Part shown: positions 11,050 to 22,683 of the stretch, piece by piece
Numbering within the stretch: position 1 is the stretch's first letter
Layout of the letters: each line of letters opens with the position of its first letter
Assembly (NCBI GenBank): GCA_963697895.1
Contig: OY969100.1
Span: 1,472,001 to 1,536,000 of the forward strand
Source: an uncultured Methanomicrobiales archaeon
GTDB lineage: Archaea > Halobacteriota > Methanomicrobia > Methanomicrobiales > Methanospirillaceae
Direction of reading: 5' to 3'
Length of the DNA: 64,000 bases
Notes under the pieces: model-generated
Seen by the model: the letters and a program-made list of their open reading frames with translations, nothing else
Databases searched by the model: none
Told to the model about the DNA's origin: nothing
Made by a program: the position numbers and the translations under genes

Positions 11050-11238
11050 TCATTTCGCAAGACCGAGCCAGATCAAAAAGAGGCCAAATCCTATGAATAT
11101 TACCGTTATCGGGATCGGAAGGGGCGGAAATCCATGAATAACCAGAGGTAACACACCAAAGAGGATAATTAGTATGCCAAGGCCGATTATGGGAATGCCG
11201 CTTTCCACACCAAATATTCCGCAGGACTCCTTTTGCAT
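11050..11238 (-). CDS. Small two-TM membrane protein (62 aa)
   Basis: MQKESCGIFGVESGIPIIGLGILIILFG...IFIGFGLFLIWLGLAK, two hydrophobic helices. Confidence 0.7.
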   Translation of the reverse strand: MQKESCGIFGVESGIPIIGLGILIILFGVLPLVIHGFPPLPIPITVIFIGFGLFLIWLGLAK

Positions 11239-11701
11239 TCTGGCAAGAGAGTGTTTGCATTGATTCCTCTTAACTTTTAATGACCCGATATTCTCTGTGC
11301 ACATGAGAATGTGGAAAGAGGTTGGTTCCGACCATGCAGGGCCTGTCAGGGCCCCCCTCTTCATCGGTGTCGACAGGTGAGATGTTGCCCCCCCTCACGA
11401 TTAAATCGCATCCGATCATACTTATTGTATAGCAGTATTTGGTTTATAAAAAATTGAGACACAGATTAAAAGAATTTGGTGCACGCTGAAACAATACCTC
11501 AACATAGGATATGAAACGTCTGTAAGCGAACAATATTATTTCAATCTGTAGTGCAATCATCTTTTAAACTGCGTTTAGGGATGGAGACTCATTAACCCTG
11601 ATTTGTTTTCCGTACGAACTTTCAACAATTCCAACAGGACTGGGATGGTTCCGGCAGTTTCCTCAGGGAAATGATTGTAACGATCCGACGACCGGGTGCA
11701 C

Positions 11702-11741
11702 TTAACAAACTGTATTGCAATTTAACAAACTGCATTGCAAT
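11702..11741. repeat. 20-bp tandem repeat, two copies
   Basis: TTAACAAACTGTATTGCAAT / TTAACAAACTGCATTGCAAT, one mismatch, each ending in the palindrome ATTGCAAT. Confidence 0.85.
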
Positions 11742-11938
11742 TGAAAATCCATTGGATGCCCGCAGTACCCATGCATAAAATCTTATGATCAAAAAAATGA
11801 TGAGGACCACATATTTCCATCGATTTCGTTTCTTATTCGGCACCCCACTGCTTTCGAATATATCTGAAACAGTACACCGATATTGATAAAAGATTAATAT
11901 TTTTTCTATCGCGATAAATATAATTTTATCTCGTTCCG

Positions 11939-12817
11939 TTAACAGAAACCTTTCAGAGAATATTGCAGAAAGAACGGGAACGGTATCGTCATCTGATTCC
12001 CATAATTAATGGGCATCACCTGTTTATCTGTGAGTGCCATCGTGATGGGTTTTCCATTGACCACGGTTGGAACCGATGCCGCATATTCATAATACGGTTG
12101 GTATGGGGTACCAACGTACACTGCTGGACTCGTCGCAGGATAGGATGCCTGGACCGGATATGTATTTACATACGGCATCGTGATTACCGGCTGAAGAATT
12201 TTCGGTATCCCTAATCCCTGATCAGATTTGGCCGGAGATTGAACAGGAGTGCTGCTACTCCCCATAACAGGCGCAGATGCAGTGCCACCAGACGTTTCGG
12301 ACGACGATGGTTGACCGGTAACCACAATGTAATCCGGTTTGACAATGCCTGCCGCCACGATAGATTCTGTCGTTCCCTCCTTCGTGTACCTCTTGGCCAT
12401 GAACGTTACCGAATAATTTCCCGGGAATGTATAGGTGTGCGTTGGGTTCTGGAGGGCTGAGTTGGTACCGTCGCCAAATTCCCATCCCCAGATGTTCGGG
12501 CTCCCCGATGATGTATCCGTGAACTGGACGGTAAGAGGTACGCTACCGGCTGTTTTGTCCGCGGTGAAACTTGCCTTTACCGTACCTGTGGGATCAGAGA
12601 TGACTGTGTCCCCGGTATCGGTATCAATGCCCGGGATTGGTGTACAGAATCCCGATTCTTCGAAGGGGCAAAGACATGCACAGGGATCTGTTTCTTCGTT
12701 ATGATCTTTGTGATCTTTTTTGTCATGACATGAGCACGAAGCCGCAGTTGCCAGAGAGACACAGATTACCATTCCGACAAATAGAATAAGTATTAACCTT
12801 TTAATCATGATGTTCAT
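11939..12817 (-). CDS. Secreted PKD-domain protein with a Cys/His-rich N-terminus
   Basis: Signal peptide; PKD motif VPLTVQFTDTSSGSPNIWGWEFGDG...QNPTHTY..PGNYSV; Ser/Thr/Pro-rich tail. Confidence 0.88.
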   Translation of the reverse strand: MNIMIKRLILILFVGMVICVSLATAASCSCHDKKDHKDHNEETDPCACLCPFEESGFCTPIPGIDTDTGDTVISDPTGTVKASFTADKTAGSVPLTVQFTDTSSGSPNIWGWEFGDGTNSALQNPTHTYTFPGNYSVTFMAKRYTKEGTTESIVAAGIVKPDYIVVTGQPSSSETSGGTASAPVMGSSSTPVQSPAKSDQGLGIPKILQPVITMPYVNTYPVQASYPATSPAVYVGTPYQPYYEYAASVPTVVNGKPITMALTDKQVMPINYGNQMTIPFPFFLQYSLKGFC

Positions 12818-13258
12818 CCTTCCCGATCAAGATAGGGAATACACGATCGATAAAATATATCTCTCTATCCTCATAACACATCTCACGAAAAGCTTTGATT
12901 TTTTTTTTGGATGGGAAACATTTTATCGATCACGATAGAATAACATTTTTTCCCAAAATTAAAAAAGGATATGCTTAATGAGTAATGATTTCTTTTCAAA
13001 CCTCGAAAGGCTGACCAAAGACCCGGCCTTCCGACGCATCTCATCATTTTATGTCCATCCCAGAAGGAAAAAATTCGTTAATGGAATACCGGATGCCCGG
13101 GCACTGAGCTGGCAACATTGTATGTGCAGTTTATCATTTAGGATCGGGGACTAGGTATCAGGGATTCTCTATCAAGGGTGCTCCCAACCCCCAGATACCC
13201 CGAAATTGACCGTATTTTCTCTCAAATGAGGGATAAGTATCATCGTTCGGTCGGACCT

Positions 13259-13748
13259 CTGAACACCCTGCCTCATAATAACGATTTAATCACCTTAATC
13301 ATGAAAATAACCCTTTTTATCCGAAATAACGGGTGCTTAATAGCGCGGTTCACCAAGACGGGTGATGGCAGAAGGTATGACCGGTCGACCGGGCAGGCGA
13401 TCGCTTCGGGAAACCTTAAGAAATCGGGTGTTACGGGCCGATTTTCTCCAGTGCGATAGCGTCCCCGGATAGTGAAAGTAGGTCTCTCATCGTGAAAATA
13501 ACCTTCAATTGCGCTCTGTTTCCGGTAAGTGTGATCTCGATTTCCTGTTTACCTGAATGCCCTGAACACGCGCACAAAAATCGCCTGTTTAATCACTTAT
13601 TCCTCGAAAAGAAAGGGGATAATTGGGATAAAAAGGTGCTTAATAGCACGATTTACCGGAGGAGTGATAGTTGGAGATATAACGGTCGATCAGGCAGGAG
13701 ATCGTGCCAGGGAACCCCCATGGATCGGGCGTTAAACAGCCGGATTTC
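13259..13748. repeat. Degenerate non-coding direct repeat, two copies 303 bp apart
   Basis: CTGAACAC (13259/13562), TTTAATCAC (13285/13588) and GGTGCTTAATAGC (13332/13635), followed by about 100 nt of alignable sequence with single-base indels. Confidence 0.75.
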
Positions 13749-14150
13749 GGTAAATTGGATGGGTTATAAGCAACGGGACCCAGGGGATTCCCGAAGAGAG
13801 CCACTGGGGACGGCAGGAGAAAAACACTCTGATCGGTTAATGCTGTCAGGGCCGCCTTGCTTAGACTTCACGGTTTTCAAAGTGGATCCCGTTTTTCCAG
13901 ATTTTCAATCTTCCCGTCATGTTATCCTTCTCTTATCAAATTATTATCATTCGTTTGAATCTCAGTTTGGGAAAATTGATCTGGTCTACCAAGTACCACT
14001 ATCGAACGAAAGGGGAACGGGATATTATTATTTTTGGCGATCCATTGAACAACGGCCATGATTTGATGATGAGGGTAACCTCGAATAAGTGAAATGTTTG
14101 CTGTCTTGTGTAAATTTAATCCGACAAAAAAAGATCGGAGATGATGGACG

Positions 14151-17100
14151 TTATACCTTCACCGATTTCTTGTAGGATACCCAGTAGGTGCTTCCGTCGC
14201 ATCTCATCCCCTTAACGTTCTCGGTCACCGTGTATGTCCCCGATCTCGCATATATGTTCTGAGGATTTCTCAATTGACTCGTACGTCCGTCACCGAAACT
14301 CCAGAACCACTGAACAGGGTTCCCGGTTGAGGTATCCGTAAAAGTAACCGTCCTACCGGAGTTCGATGTGGTAAAGAATGCAAATGTCGGGCAGGAACAG
14401 CAGCTGGTATTCTGCAGGTTACCAAAGTCTCTTCCTGTCACGTTCAGGTTTGTACAGTTAATTTCAACAGGATACAGGTTACCTGCGGGTTTCGTCTGCG
14501 TCCATCCGGATTGCAGGGTCTCTGACAGGTTGTATCTACCCCAGGAAATGTTTACAAACGCGAATGATCCATCAGCCCCGGTTGTCTTCGTGGCATAGAT
14601 TGTCCCGTTCGGGTATCTGAGATTAATAACCCACCCGGATAGTCCGCCTTCATTGACATCCCTGACGCCATTTCCGTTCAGGTCATTGAATTTAATTCCT
14701 GTGATGTTCCCCAGCAGTTGCTTGTTTGTGAAGTTGATCCCCGTTGCATTCGTGCAGGTCAGCGTAACATTCCGGCATGTCGGAGTCACATTCGTCCAGC
14801 CGCACAATACTTCTTCGCAGACGGTGTAACTGCCCGGAGACAGGCCGCAGACCTGATACTTGCCGGTCGCATCCGTCACATTTGTTCCTATGATGCCCCC
14901 AGTGCTGTTTCTCAACGTGATGTTCCAGCCTGACAGCCCCTGACCTGTCAGGCTATTGAGCTTGTACCCGCTGATACACATCAGCTGGGTGTTCGTGAAG
15001 TTCTGGTTCGTCAGGTTCGTATTACAGACCAGCGTTACCGGGTTCGAAGGTCCGGGACCCGCCTGGTAGCCGGGCTTCAGGGTCTCGGTTAGGTTGTACT
15101 GCCCGGGTACCAGACCGCAGAACTGATAATAGCCGGTTGCATTTGTCGTGGTACTGTTGGTATATGTCCCATTCGTCAGGGTGATGTTCCAGCCGGGGAG
15201 TCCCAGCTTGGTACAGTTGTCCAGCTTGTATCCGCTGATACACATCAGCTGGATGTTCGTGAAGTTCTGGTTCGTCAGGTTCGTATTACAGACCAGCGTT
15301 ACCGGGTTCGAAGGTCCGGGACCCGCCTGGTAGCCGGGCTTCAGGGTCTCGCTCAGGTTGTACTGCCCGGGTACCAGACCGCAGAACTGATAATAGCCGG
15401 TTGCATTTGTCGTGGTACTGTTGGTATATGTCCCATTCGTCAGGGTGATGTTCCAGCCGGGGAGTCCCAGCTTGGTACAGTTGTCCAGCTTGTATCCGCT
15501 GATACACATCAGCTGGATGTTCGTGAAGTTCTGGTTCGTCAGGTTCTGGTTGCAGACCAGCGTCACCGGGTTTGCCGGGCCGGTACCTGACTGGTAACCA
15601 TCCTTCAGGGTCTCGGTCAGGTTATACTGTCCGGGCACTAATCTGCAGAACTGGTAATAGCCGGTTGCATTCGTCGTGGTACTGTTGGTATATGTCCCAT
15701 TCGTCAGGGTGATGCTCCAGCCGGGGAGTCCCAGCTTGGTACAGTTGTCCAGCTTGTATCCGCTGATACACATCAGCTGGATGTTCGTGAAGTTCTGGTT
15801 CGTCAGGTTCGTATTACAGACCAGCGTTACCGGGTTCGAAGGTCCGGTACCTGACTGGTAACCATCCTTCAGGGTCTCGCTCAGGTTGTACTGTCCGGGC
15901 ACTAATCCGCAGAACTGGTAATAGCCAGTTGCATTTGTCGTGGTACTGTTGGTATATGTCCCATTGGTCAGGGTGATGTTCCAGCCGGGGAGTCCCAGCT
16001 TGGTACAGTTGTCCAGCTTGTACCCGCTGATACACATCAGCTGGATGTTCGTGAAGTTCTGATTCGTCAGGTTCTCGCTGCAGAGCAGCGTCACCGGGTT
16101 TGCCGGGCCGGTTCCCGCCTGGTAACCATCCTTCAGGGTCTCGCTCAGGTTGTACTGTCCGGGCACTAATCCGCAGAACTGGTAATAGCCGGTTGCATTC
16201 GTCGTGGTACTGTTGGTATATGTCCCGTTCGTCAGGGTGATGTTCCAGCCGGGGAGTCCCAGCTTGGTACAGTTGTCCAGCTTGTACCCGCTGATACACA
16301 TCAGCTGGATGTTCGTGAAGTTCTGGTTCGTCAGGTTCTCGCTGCATAGCAGCGTCACCGGGTTCGAAGGTCCGGTACCTGACTGGTAACCATCCTTCAG
16401 GGTCTCGCTCAGGTTATACTGTCCGGGCACTAATCCGCAGAACTGGTAATAGCCAGTTGCATTTGTCGTGGTACTGTTGGTATATGTCCCGTTCGTCAGG
16501 GTGATGTTCCAGCCGGGGAGTCCCAGTCTGGTACAGTCGTCCAGCTTGTACCCGCTGATACACATCAGCTGGATGTTCGTGAAGTTCTGGTTCGTCAGGT
16601 TCTCGTTACAGGTCAGTGTTATCGGACCAGGGGCGTCTCCCGCCTCGTAGCCATCCTTCAGGATCTCGGTCAGGTTGTAGTTCCCAGGAATCAATCCACA
16701 GAACTGGTAATAGCCGGAATTATCGGTCACATTTGTGTCAATTATAGCCCCAGTGCTGTTCCTCAGAGTTATGTTCCACCCCGGGAGGCCTAACTTGGTA
16801 CAGTTGTCCAGCTTGTACCCGCTGATGCAGAGGAGTTTGGTGTTTGTGAAGTTCTGCGGGCCCAGCTCCTCGTTGCACGTAAGCGTGAAGTTGGCCGGAG
16901 ATGCTCCTGCCTGGTACCCGTCCTTCAGCTCCTCGCTCAGGTTATACTCGATCCCCGGCAATAAGCCGCAGATCTGGTAGTAACCCGTTGCATTTGTCGT
17001 CGTCTGGTTCACGAATGTCCCGGTGCTGTTCCGCAACGTGATGTTCCAGCCGGGCAGGCCGGTACCGTTACAGTCCAGCTTGTACCCGTCGACACAGAGG

Positions 17101-20100
17101 AACTTCGTGTTCGTGAAGTTCTGCGGGCCCAGCTCCTCGTTACACGTCAGGGTGAAGTTGGCCGGAGATGCTCCTGCCTGGTACTCGTCCTTCAGCTCCT
17201 CGCTCAGGTTGTACTCGATCCCCGGCAATAAGCCGCAGATCTGGTAGTAACCCGTTGCATTTGTCGCCGTCTGGTTCAAGAATGTCCCGGTACTGTTTCG
17301 AAGCGTTATGTTCCAGCCGGGCAGGCCGGTACCGTTACAGTCCAGCTTGTACCCGTCGATGCAGAGGAATTTGGTGTTCGTGAAGTTCTGCAGGCCCAGC
17401 TCCTCGTTGCACGTAAGCGTGAAGTTGGCCGGAGCGTCCCCGGCCTGGTACCCAGTCTTCAGCTCCTCGCTCAGGTTATACTCGATCCCCGGCAATAAGC
17501 CGCAGATCTGGTAGTAACCCGTTGCATTTGTCGCCGTCTGGTTCAAGAATGTCCCGGTACTGTTTCGAAGCGTTATGTTCCAGCCGGGCAGGCCGGCACC
17601 GTTACAGTCCAGCTTGTACCCGTCGATGCAGAGGAATTTAGTGTTCGTGAAGTTCTGCGGGCCCAGCTCTTCGTTGCACGTCAGGGTGAAGTTAACAGGA
17701 GATTCTCCTGCCTGGTACCCAGTCTTCAGCTCCTCGCTCAGGTTATACTCGATCCCCGGCAATAAGCCGCAGAACTGGTAATAACCCGTAGCATTCGTCG
17801 TTGTCTGGTTGACGAATGCCCCGGTCCTGTTCCGAAGCGTGATGTTCCAGCCAAGAAGCCCGGTACCGTTACAGTCAAGCTTGTACCCGTCGATGCAGAG
17901 GAATTTGGTGTTCGTGAAGTTCTGCAGGCCCAGCTCTTCGTTGCACGTAAGCGTGAAGTTGGCCGGAGCGTCCCCGGCCTGGTACCCGGTCTTCAGCTCC
18001 TCGCTCAGGTTATACTCAATCCCGGGCAGTAAGCTGCAGAACTGATAATAGCCGGTTACATTCGTCGTTGTCTGGTTGACGAATGCCCCGGTGCTGTTTC
18101 GAAGCGTGATGTTCCAGCCAAGAAGCCCGGTACCGTTACAGTCCAGCTTGTACCCGTCGATGCAGAGGAATTTGGTGTTCGTGAAGTTCTGCAGGCCCAG
18201 CTCTTCGTTGCACGTAAGCGTGAAGTTGGCCGGAGCGTCCCCGGCCTGGTACCCGGTCTTCAGCTCCTCGCTCAGGTTATACTCAATCCCGGGCAGTAAG
18301 CTGCAGAACTGATAATAGCCGGTTACATTCGTCGTTGTCTGGTTGACGAATGCCCCGGTGCTGTTCCGCAGCGTGATGTTCCAGCCAAGAAGCCCGGTAC
18401 CGTTACAGTCAAGCTTGTACCCGTCGACACAGAGGAATTTGGTGTTCGTGAAGTTCTGGTTCGTCAGGTTCGTATTACAGAGCAGCGTCACCGGGTTCGA
18501 GGGGCCGGTGCCTGCCTGGAAGCCCGGATTCAGGGTCTCGCTCAGGTTATACTGCCCGGGTAATAATCCGCAGAACTGGTAATAGCCGGTTGCATTCGTC
18601 GTCGTTGTCGCAAGAAATCCCGGGGTACTGTTGGTCAAGTTGATCTGCCAGCCTGATAGCCCGGAACTGTTGCAGTCTCAGCTTGAACCCGCTGATACAC
18701 ATCAATTTCGTGTTCGTGAAGTTCACATTGGTCATGTTGGCGTTGGTTATAGTCGCATTCTGGCAAAGGGCCGTCAGGTTCGTCCAGCCGGGCTGCAGCT
18801 CCTCGCACACCGTGTAGTTGCCGGGCATCAGGTTGCAGATCTGGTAATACCCGGAGACGTCAGTCGTGACCAGTGCCACCTGACCGGTCTGGTTACTAAC
18901 CGTGACATTCCAGGACGGAACGCCGAGGCCAGTGCAGTTATCGATCTTGTAACCTGAGATACAGAATGTATTACCTGGACAGCTTGACACGTTAACGGTC
19001 ACATTCGCGTACGGAATAGGATCCACGATCGGGACGCCTTTCGAATTTATATAGTTCACATGTGCAGTCCCGTTATTCACCGGAAGTCCGGTCCCGGTTT
19101 GTGATGAACTCACATTGAAGGTGATATTGACAGTTTCTATGCCGTTAAGGCGCTGGTTATGATTCCCTACGTACTGGCTGATGTTCGTCCAGATATAGGT
19201 ATTATTCGGAATGTCCGACGAATTGGGGGTAAGGTTGAAACTGCTCTGGTCGACGATAATGTAGGGCTCGAGAACCTCCGTCACATTGACATAGGACGGT
19301 GAGCTGATTGAGATGATTTCGACGAAAATTGAGTCGTATACATCAGCAATAACAGATGCATTGGTTGCGAAGTAGTATGAACCACCTGTTCCTTGTGCAA
19401 TGTAGGTTAACAGATTGGGATCTACGCCACTTCCCAGTCCAATGGTATAGATCCTGATGTTAAGGCTGTTTGCAAGTGCTATTTCGTCATTAAAACTTGC
19501 GTTCGTTGAACCTCCGATATTGAATAATCCATCAGTGAGTAGAATAATAGCCTTCGTTGAATTCACATTCGGGCACCGGGTATTGTTCTGCATCATTTCC
19601 AGGGCCCGATCTACGGCACATTCTCCGCACGTGAACCCGTCGCAGGTGTTCATATCGATAGTCTGATTTGCCGCGGTGAAATTATTTCCCAGCCCCGGCG
19701 GATAAGGTGCCGGGGGATACGTTGGATTATTAACGGAAGTATCCCAGTTGATCACGCCGACCTGGTCCTTGCTTGCGTTCATTTCACCAATGAATTCCTT
19801 AGCACCGGTCAGTCGGAGTCCGGTAGGGTCATTCCCGGGTGGTGGATCTCCGCACATACTCCCGGAGCTGTCGATGGCAAAGATGATATCAAGTGGTTCC
19901 GAACTATTCGCACCACATGCAGGATTGCCGCATCCATAGCCGGTTATGGATAGGGTCACCGTGGTATTCTGCGGGAAACAGGAAGATCCTGAAATATTGA
20001 TATTTGATGGATTTACCGTTTTTATTATGGTTAAATTACCTTCCGGAGGCGGTGGGGTGGGTGGGGGGCACATGTTGGTGAAGTTCTGGTTGGTCAGGCT

Positions 20101-21348
20101 GCGGGTTGTCGTATTGATCTGCACCACCCGGTTCGGGGTGGCCGGGTCCTGGATCCAGCTTGCCTGGAGGGTCTCGTTCAACTGGTAAGAATACAACGGC
20201 AGGTTCCCAAAGAAGTAAGACCCGTTGCTCGCCGTTTTGCAGGTCAGGAAGATCCCGTTCGTCTGGTTGGTCAGGGTAATCTGCCAGCCACCGAGCCCGG
20301 TTCCGGTCGCATTCCTTTTATACCCGCTGATATTCCCGAGGATTATCTGAGAGTTGGTGAAGTTCTGGTTGAACAGGCGGGGAGTGGTGGCATTGATCTG
20401 CACCGTCCGGTTCGCGCTGACCTGGGTCCAGCCGGCTTCGAGAGTCTCGTTCAGCCAGTAGGTCCCATACGGAACTCCGGTAATATTGTAATATCCGGCA
20501 CCGAAACCCGTCTGTGTGTGGGTTACATTGAAATAGACCGGTGTCAGGGTCGTAGTATTCCGCAGCGTGATGTTCCATCCATTCAACCGGTTGTTGTCCG
20601 AGTCGATCTTATACCCGCTCACACTGCCTGTCGGTGTAGCCGCTTCACGAAGCGCAATGAGGTTAGCGACCCAATCCGCATCAGGAACAGCAACACCGTT
20701 GAAAGAGGTTCTGGATCCGGTATTCCCCCCTGAAGTCCAGTTCTCCCTTGCCGCAGCACAGGATGGACCATCACCGTCAGTGTGCTCGAATACGTAATTC
20801 CAGGTCATATTGGAAGGAACGTTGAAGTCGTCTTCCTGATCATCGAAGCCGAAGCATGCAACAAGCAGGGAGCCGGCGGGAACAACATTGATCCCCAATG
20901 CAGTCAGATCATCGCCGTTCCCCGAATTACTGCTGGAACCAAAGATTGGAGATGTCGTATTGACACCCGTATAACGCATGATGCCCCCGACTGCCCTGGC
21001 TCCATTACCTCCATAGTTGAGCGTCCAGGTGTACGAATTTGTTCCGGTCGCTGTAACGACCTTATAATAAATAGCCTCTCCAATATCGTCACCGTTATTT
21101 GTTCGATTTATGAGGTGCCATGTACCGTCGGGAGCTGTTACGGTATCATCAGAACCACCATTAAATACAATATGAGCAAGGAGGAGGTCATCTGTTTGAG
21201 CAAGGATATTTGTGAAGGTAAGAGAAGTCGTGGTCGTCAGGTTGTTCGTTGAAGAAGCATACCCTATCGCAGCAGCTGCGGGAACACTAAACAGACAAAG
21301 GGCGAGAACCAGCCCTAGAATGATGGCTATCCATTTGTTACAAAGCAT
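14151..21348 (-). CDS. Giant secreted adhesin (~2400 aa): signal peptide, N-terminal beta domain, vWA domain, about 19 CnaB/SdrD-B-like repeats, C-terminal PKD; frameshift at ~18678 splits it into ORFs 18547..21348 and 14151..18638
   Basis: vWA MIDAS AIDSSGS...LLTDG; repeats GYK...GWNITL...GYYQFCGL.PG.YNLSE...NFTN. Removing base 18678 restores SGFKLDCNSSGLSGWQINLTNST, continuous with the repeat pattern. Confidence 0.88.
14970..16570 (-). repeat. Intragenic tandem repeat, about 6 x 264 bp
   Basis: GATACACATCAGCTGG recurs every 264 nt (about 14973, 15237, 15501, 15765, 16029, 16293, 16557). Confidence 0.92.
16830..18440 (-). repeat. Intragenic tandem repeat, about 6 x 267 bp
   Basis: Near-identical units encoding C(V/I)DGYKLDCNG...EELG(L/P)QNFTNTKFL with 267-nt periodicity. 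Confidence 0.92.
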
Positions 21349-21501
21349 AAGCTAATCACCTGGATTTAAGATCATGGTGGATTTAAATTAATTTTATAAA
21401 TAAATTGCGTTTTTATTTAAACAAATAAACAAACATATTTATAATACCAGAAAAAAAACGTCACTGCTGATTAACTTCAGCCGCTCATCCGGAGGTGCAT
21501 A

Positions 21502-22446
21502 TTGAAAAGGGTTTTATTAGCCGTATTTATTCTAATCGCGTTCTTTATCGGACCAGCACTGGCCGACATCGCTCCTGGGGATGGTCCCGAAACCCAGGGG
21601 ATCGTCAGTACAACTGTGATATCGTGCCTGGGAACTGTCACGAAGGATGACCAGATCTCCTGGCGGGCAAGCAATGAATATCTGGATGCCAATTTTGATC
21701 TTTATCTGAATCTTCCAGGAGAACCGTATTACGATCCGGATCTTCCGTTGGGAGCCCAGATATGGATCGAATCAGGTGAGCCTCCCATGAAATTCCCCGG
21801 CGAGATCCAGATGGTGAGCGCGTATTCCGAAATGACAGAAGCGAAGAACGGGCTCACCGAGTATTCCAAGAGTCTGCAGGTGGACACCGCCGGGAAGGTT
21901 CTCGGCCAGAATAATGTCCAGACCCACCGGAATGTTCAGTTTGAGGCAAATCCCGAGATGGATGGCCGGATCACTTCCTCGGAAGAGCATACGATCGATC
22001 TCGCCGGATGGAATACCATGAAAGCGACATCGACGCTCTGTCCGCTTGCGCAGCCTTTCGAGATCCCCACGTGCTGGCCTCCGTTCTGCAGTATCGAGCG
22101 GGTGGGAAGCGATATCGACATGACCACGGTTTCGCTGGTCACCGAAGCTTCGTCCAGAACGATCTCCCCGGGTGATAATTTCCAGGACACGCCGATACCG
22201 GGTATTGCTGATGTACCGGTCAACCTGCACTATAATATTGCCGTAACGGGACTATCTCCTGTGACATATGCCGAAGGAAATGTCGTAGCCTATATGGATG
22301 TCCATTCCCAGGATGGCACATCTGACTGTTCTTTACCGAATGTCGGATCGGAAGTTGTTTATAACGAAAAAACGGCTGCAGACGGTATTATTGGCGCATT
22401 TACCAAGACGATGGATTATACATCCGGCGTCCTGCGACCGTTCTGA
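21502..22446 (+). CDS. Secreted sheath-protein-like (MspA-like) paralog, divergent
   Basis: Signal peptide then PETQGI, EAKNG.TEYSK, DT.GKVLG..N.QTHR, LCP...PPFC, AYMDVHSQ, YNEKT.A.G.I..F.K.M.Y.SG, all shared with the 34-42 kb paralogs; GGAGG RBS before TTG. Confidence 0.8.
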   Translation: MKRVLLAVFILIAFFIGPALADIAPGDGPETQGIVSTTVISCLGTVTKDDQISWRASNEYLDANFDLYLNLPGEPYYDPDLPLGAQIWIESGEPPMKFPGEIQMVSAYSEMTEAKNGLTEYSKSLQVDTAGKVLGQNNVQTHRNVQFEANPEMDGRITSSEEHTIDLAGWNTMKATSTLCPLAQPFEIPTCWPPFCSIERVGSDIDMTTVSLVTEASSRTISPGDNFQDTPIPGIADVPVNLHYNIAVTGLSPVTYAEGNVVAYMDVHSQDGTSDCSLPNVGSEVVYNEKTAADGIIGAFTKTMDYTSGVLRPF

Positions 22447-22590
22447 TCCCTATCTTTTTTTAAGAATCACAAGAATCGTATCAATCATCTATTGTAGGAA
22501 TTAATCTCTTGCAGAGTTATCGAATTCTATTCAGGCTGGAAGAGTTCCTTAAAAGGGGCGTTTATGATATGTTCTGAAAAAATAAGTAAA

Positions 22591-22663
22591 CGCCCAGGTC
22601 GGAATTCGAATCCGAGTCGTCTGCGTGACAGGCAGACATGATGGGCCGCTACACTACCTGGGC
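22591..22663 (-). tRNA. tRNA-Asp (GTC)
   Basis: Reverse complement GCCCAGGTAGTGTAGCGGCCCATCATGTCTGCCTGTCACGCAGACGACTCGGATTCGAATTCCGACCTGGGCG. Confidence 0.96.
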
Positions 22664-22683
22664 ACCGGTATTCCTGCAAGTTA

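Noticed and set aside
13178-14061. Plus-strand ORFs of 93 and 189 aa
   Set aside because: No recognisable domains, and the repeat they overlap has frame-breaking indels; probably spurious
14970-18440. Long regular repeats as a possible CRISPR array or satellite
   Set aside because: Units are 264/267 bp, in-frame multiples of 3, have no unique spacers and encode protein domains; no cas genes are present
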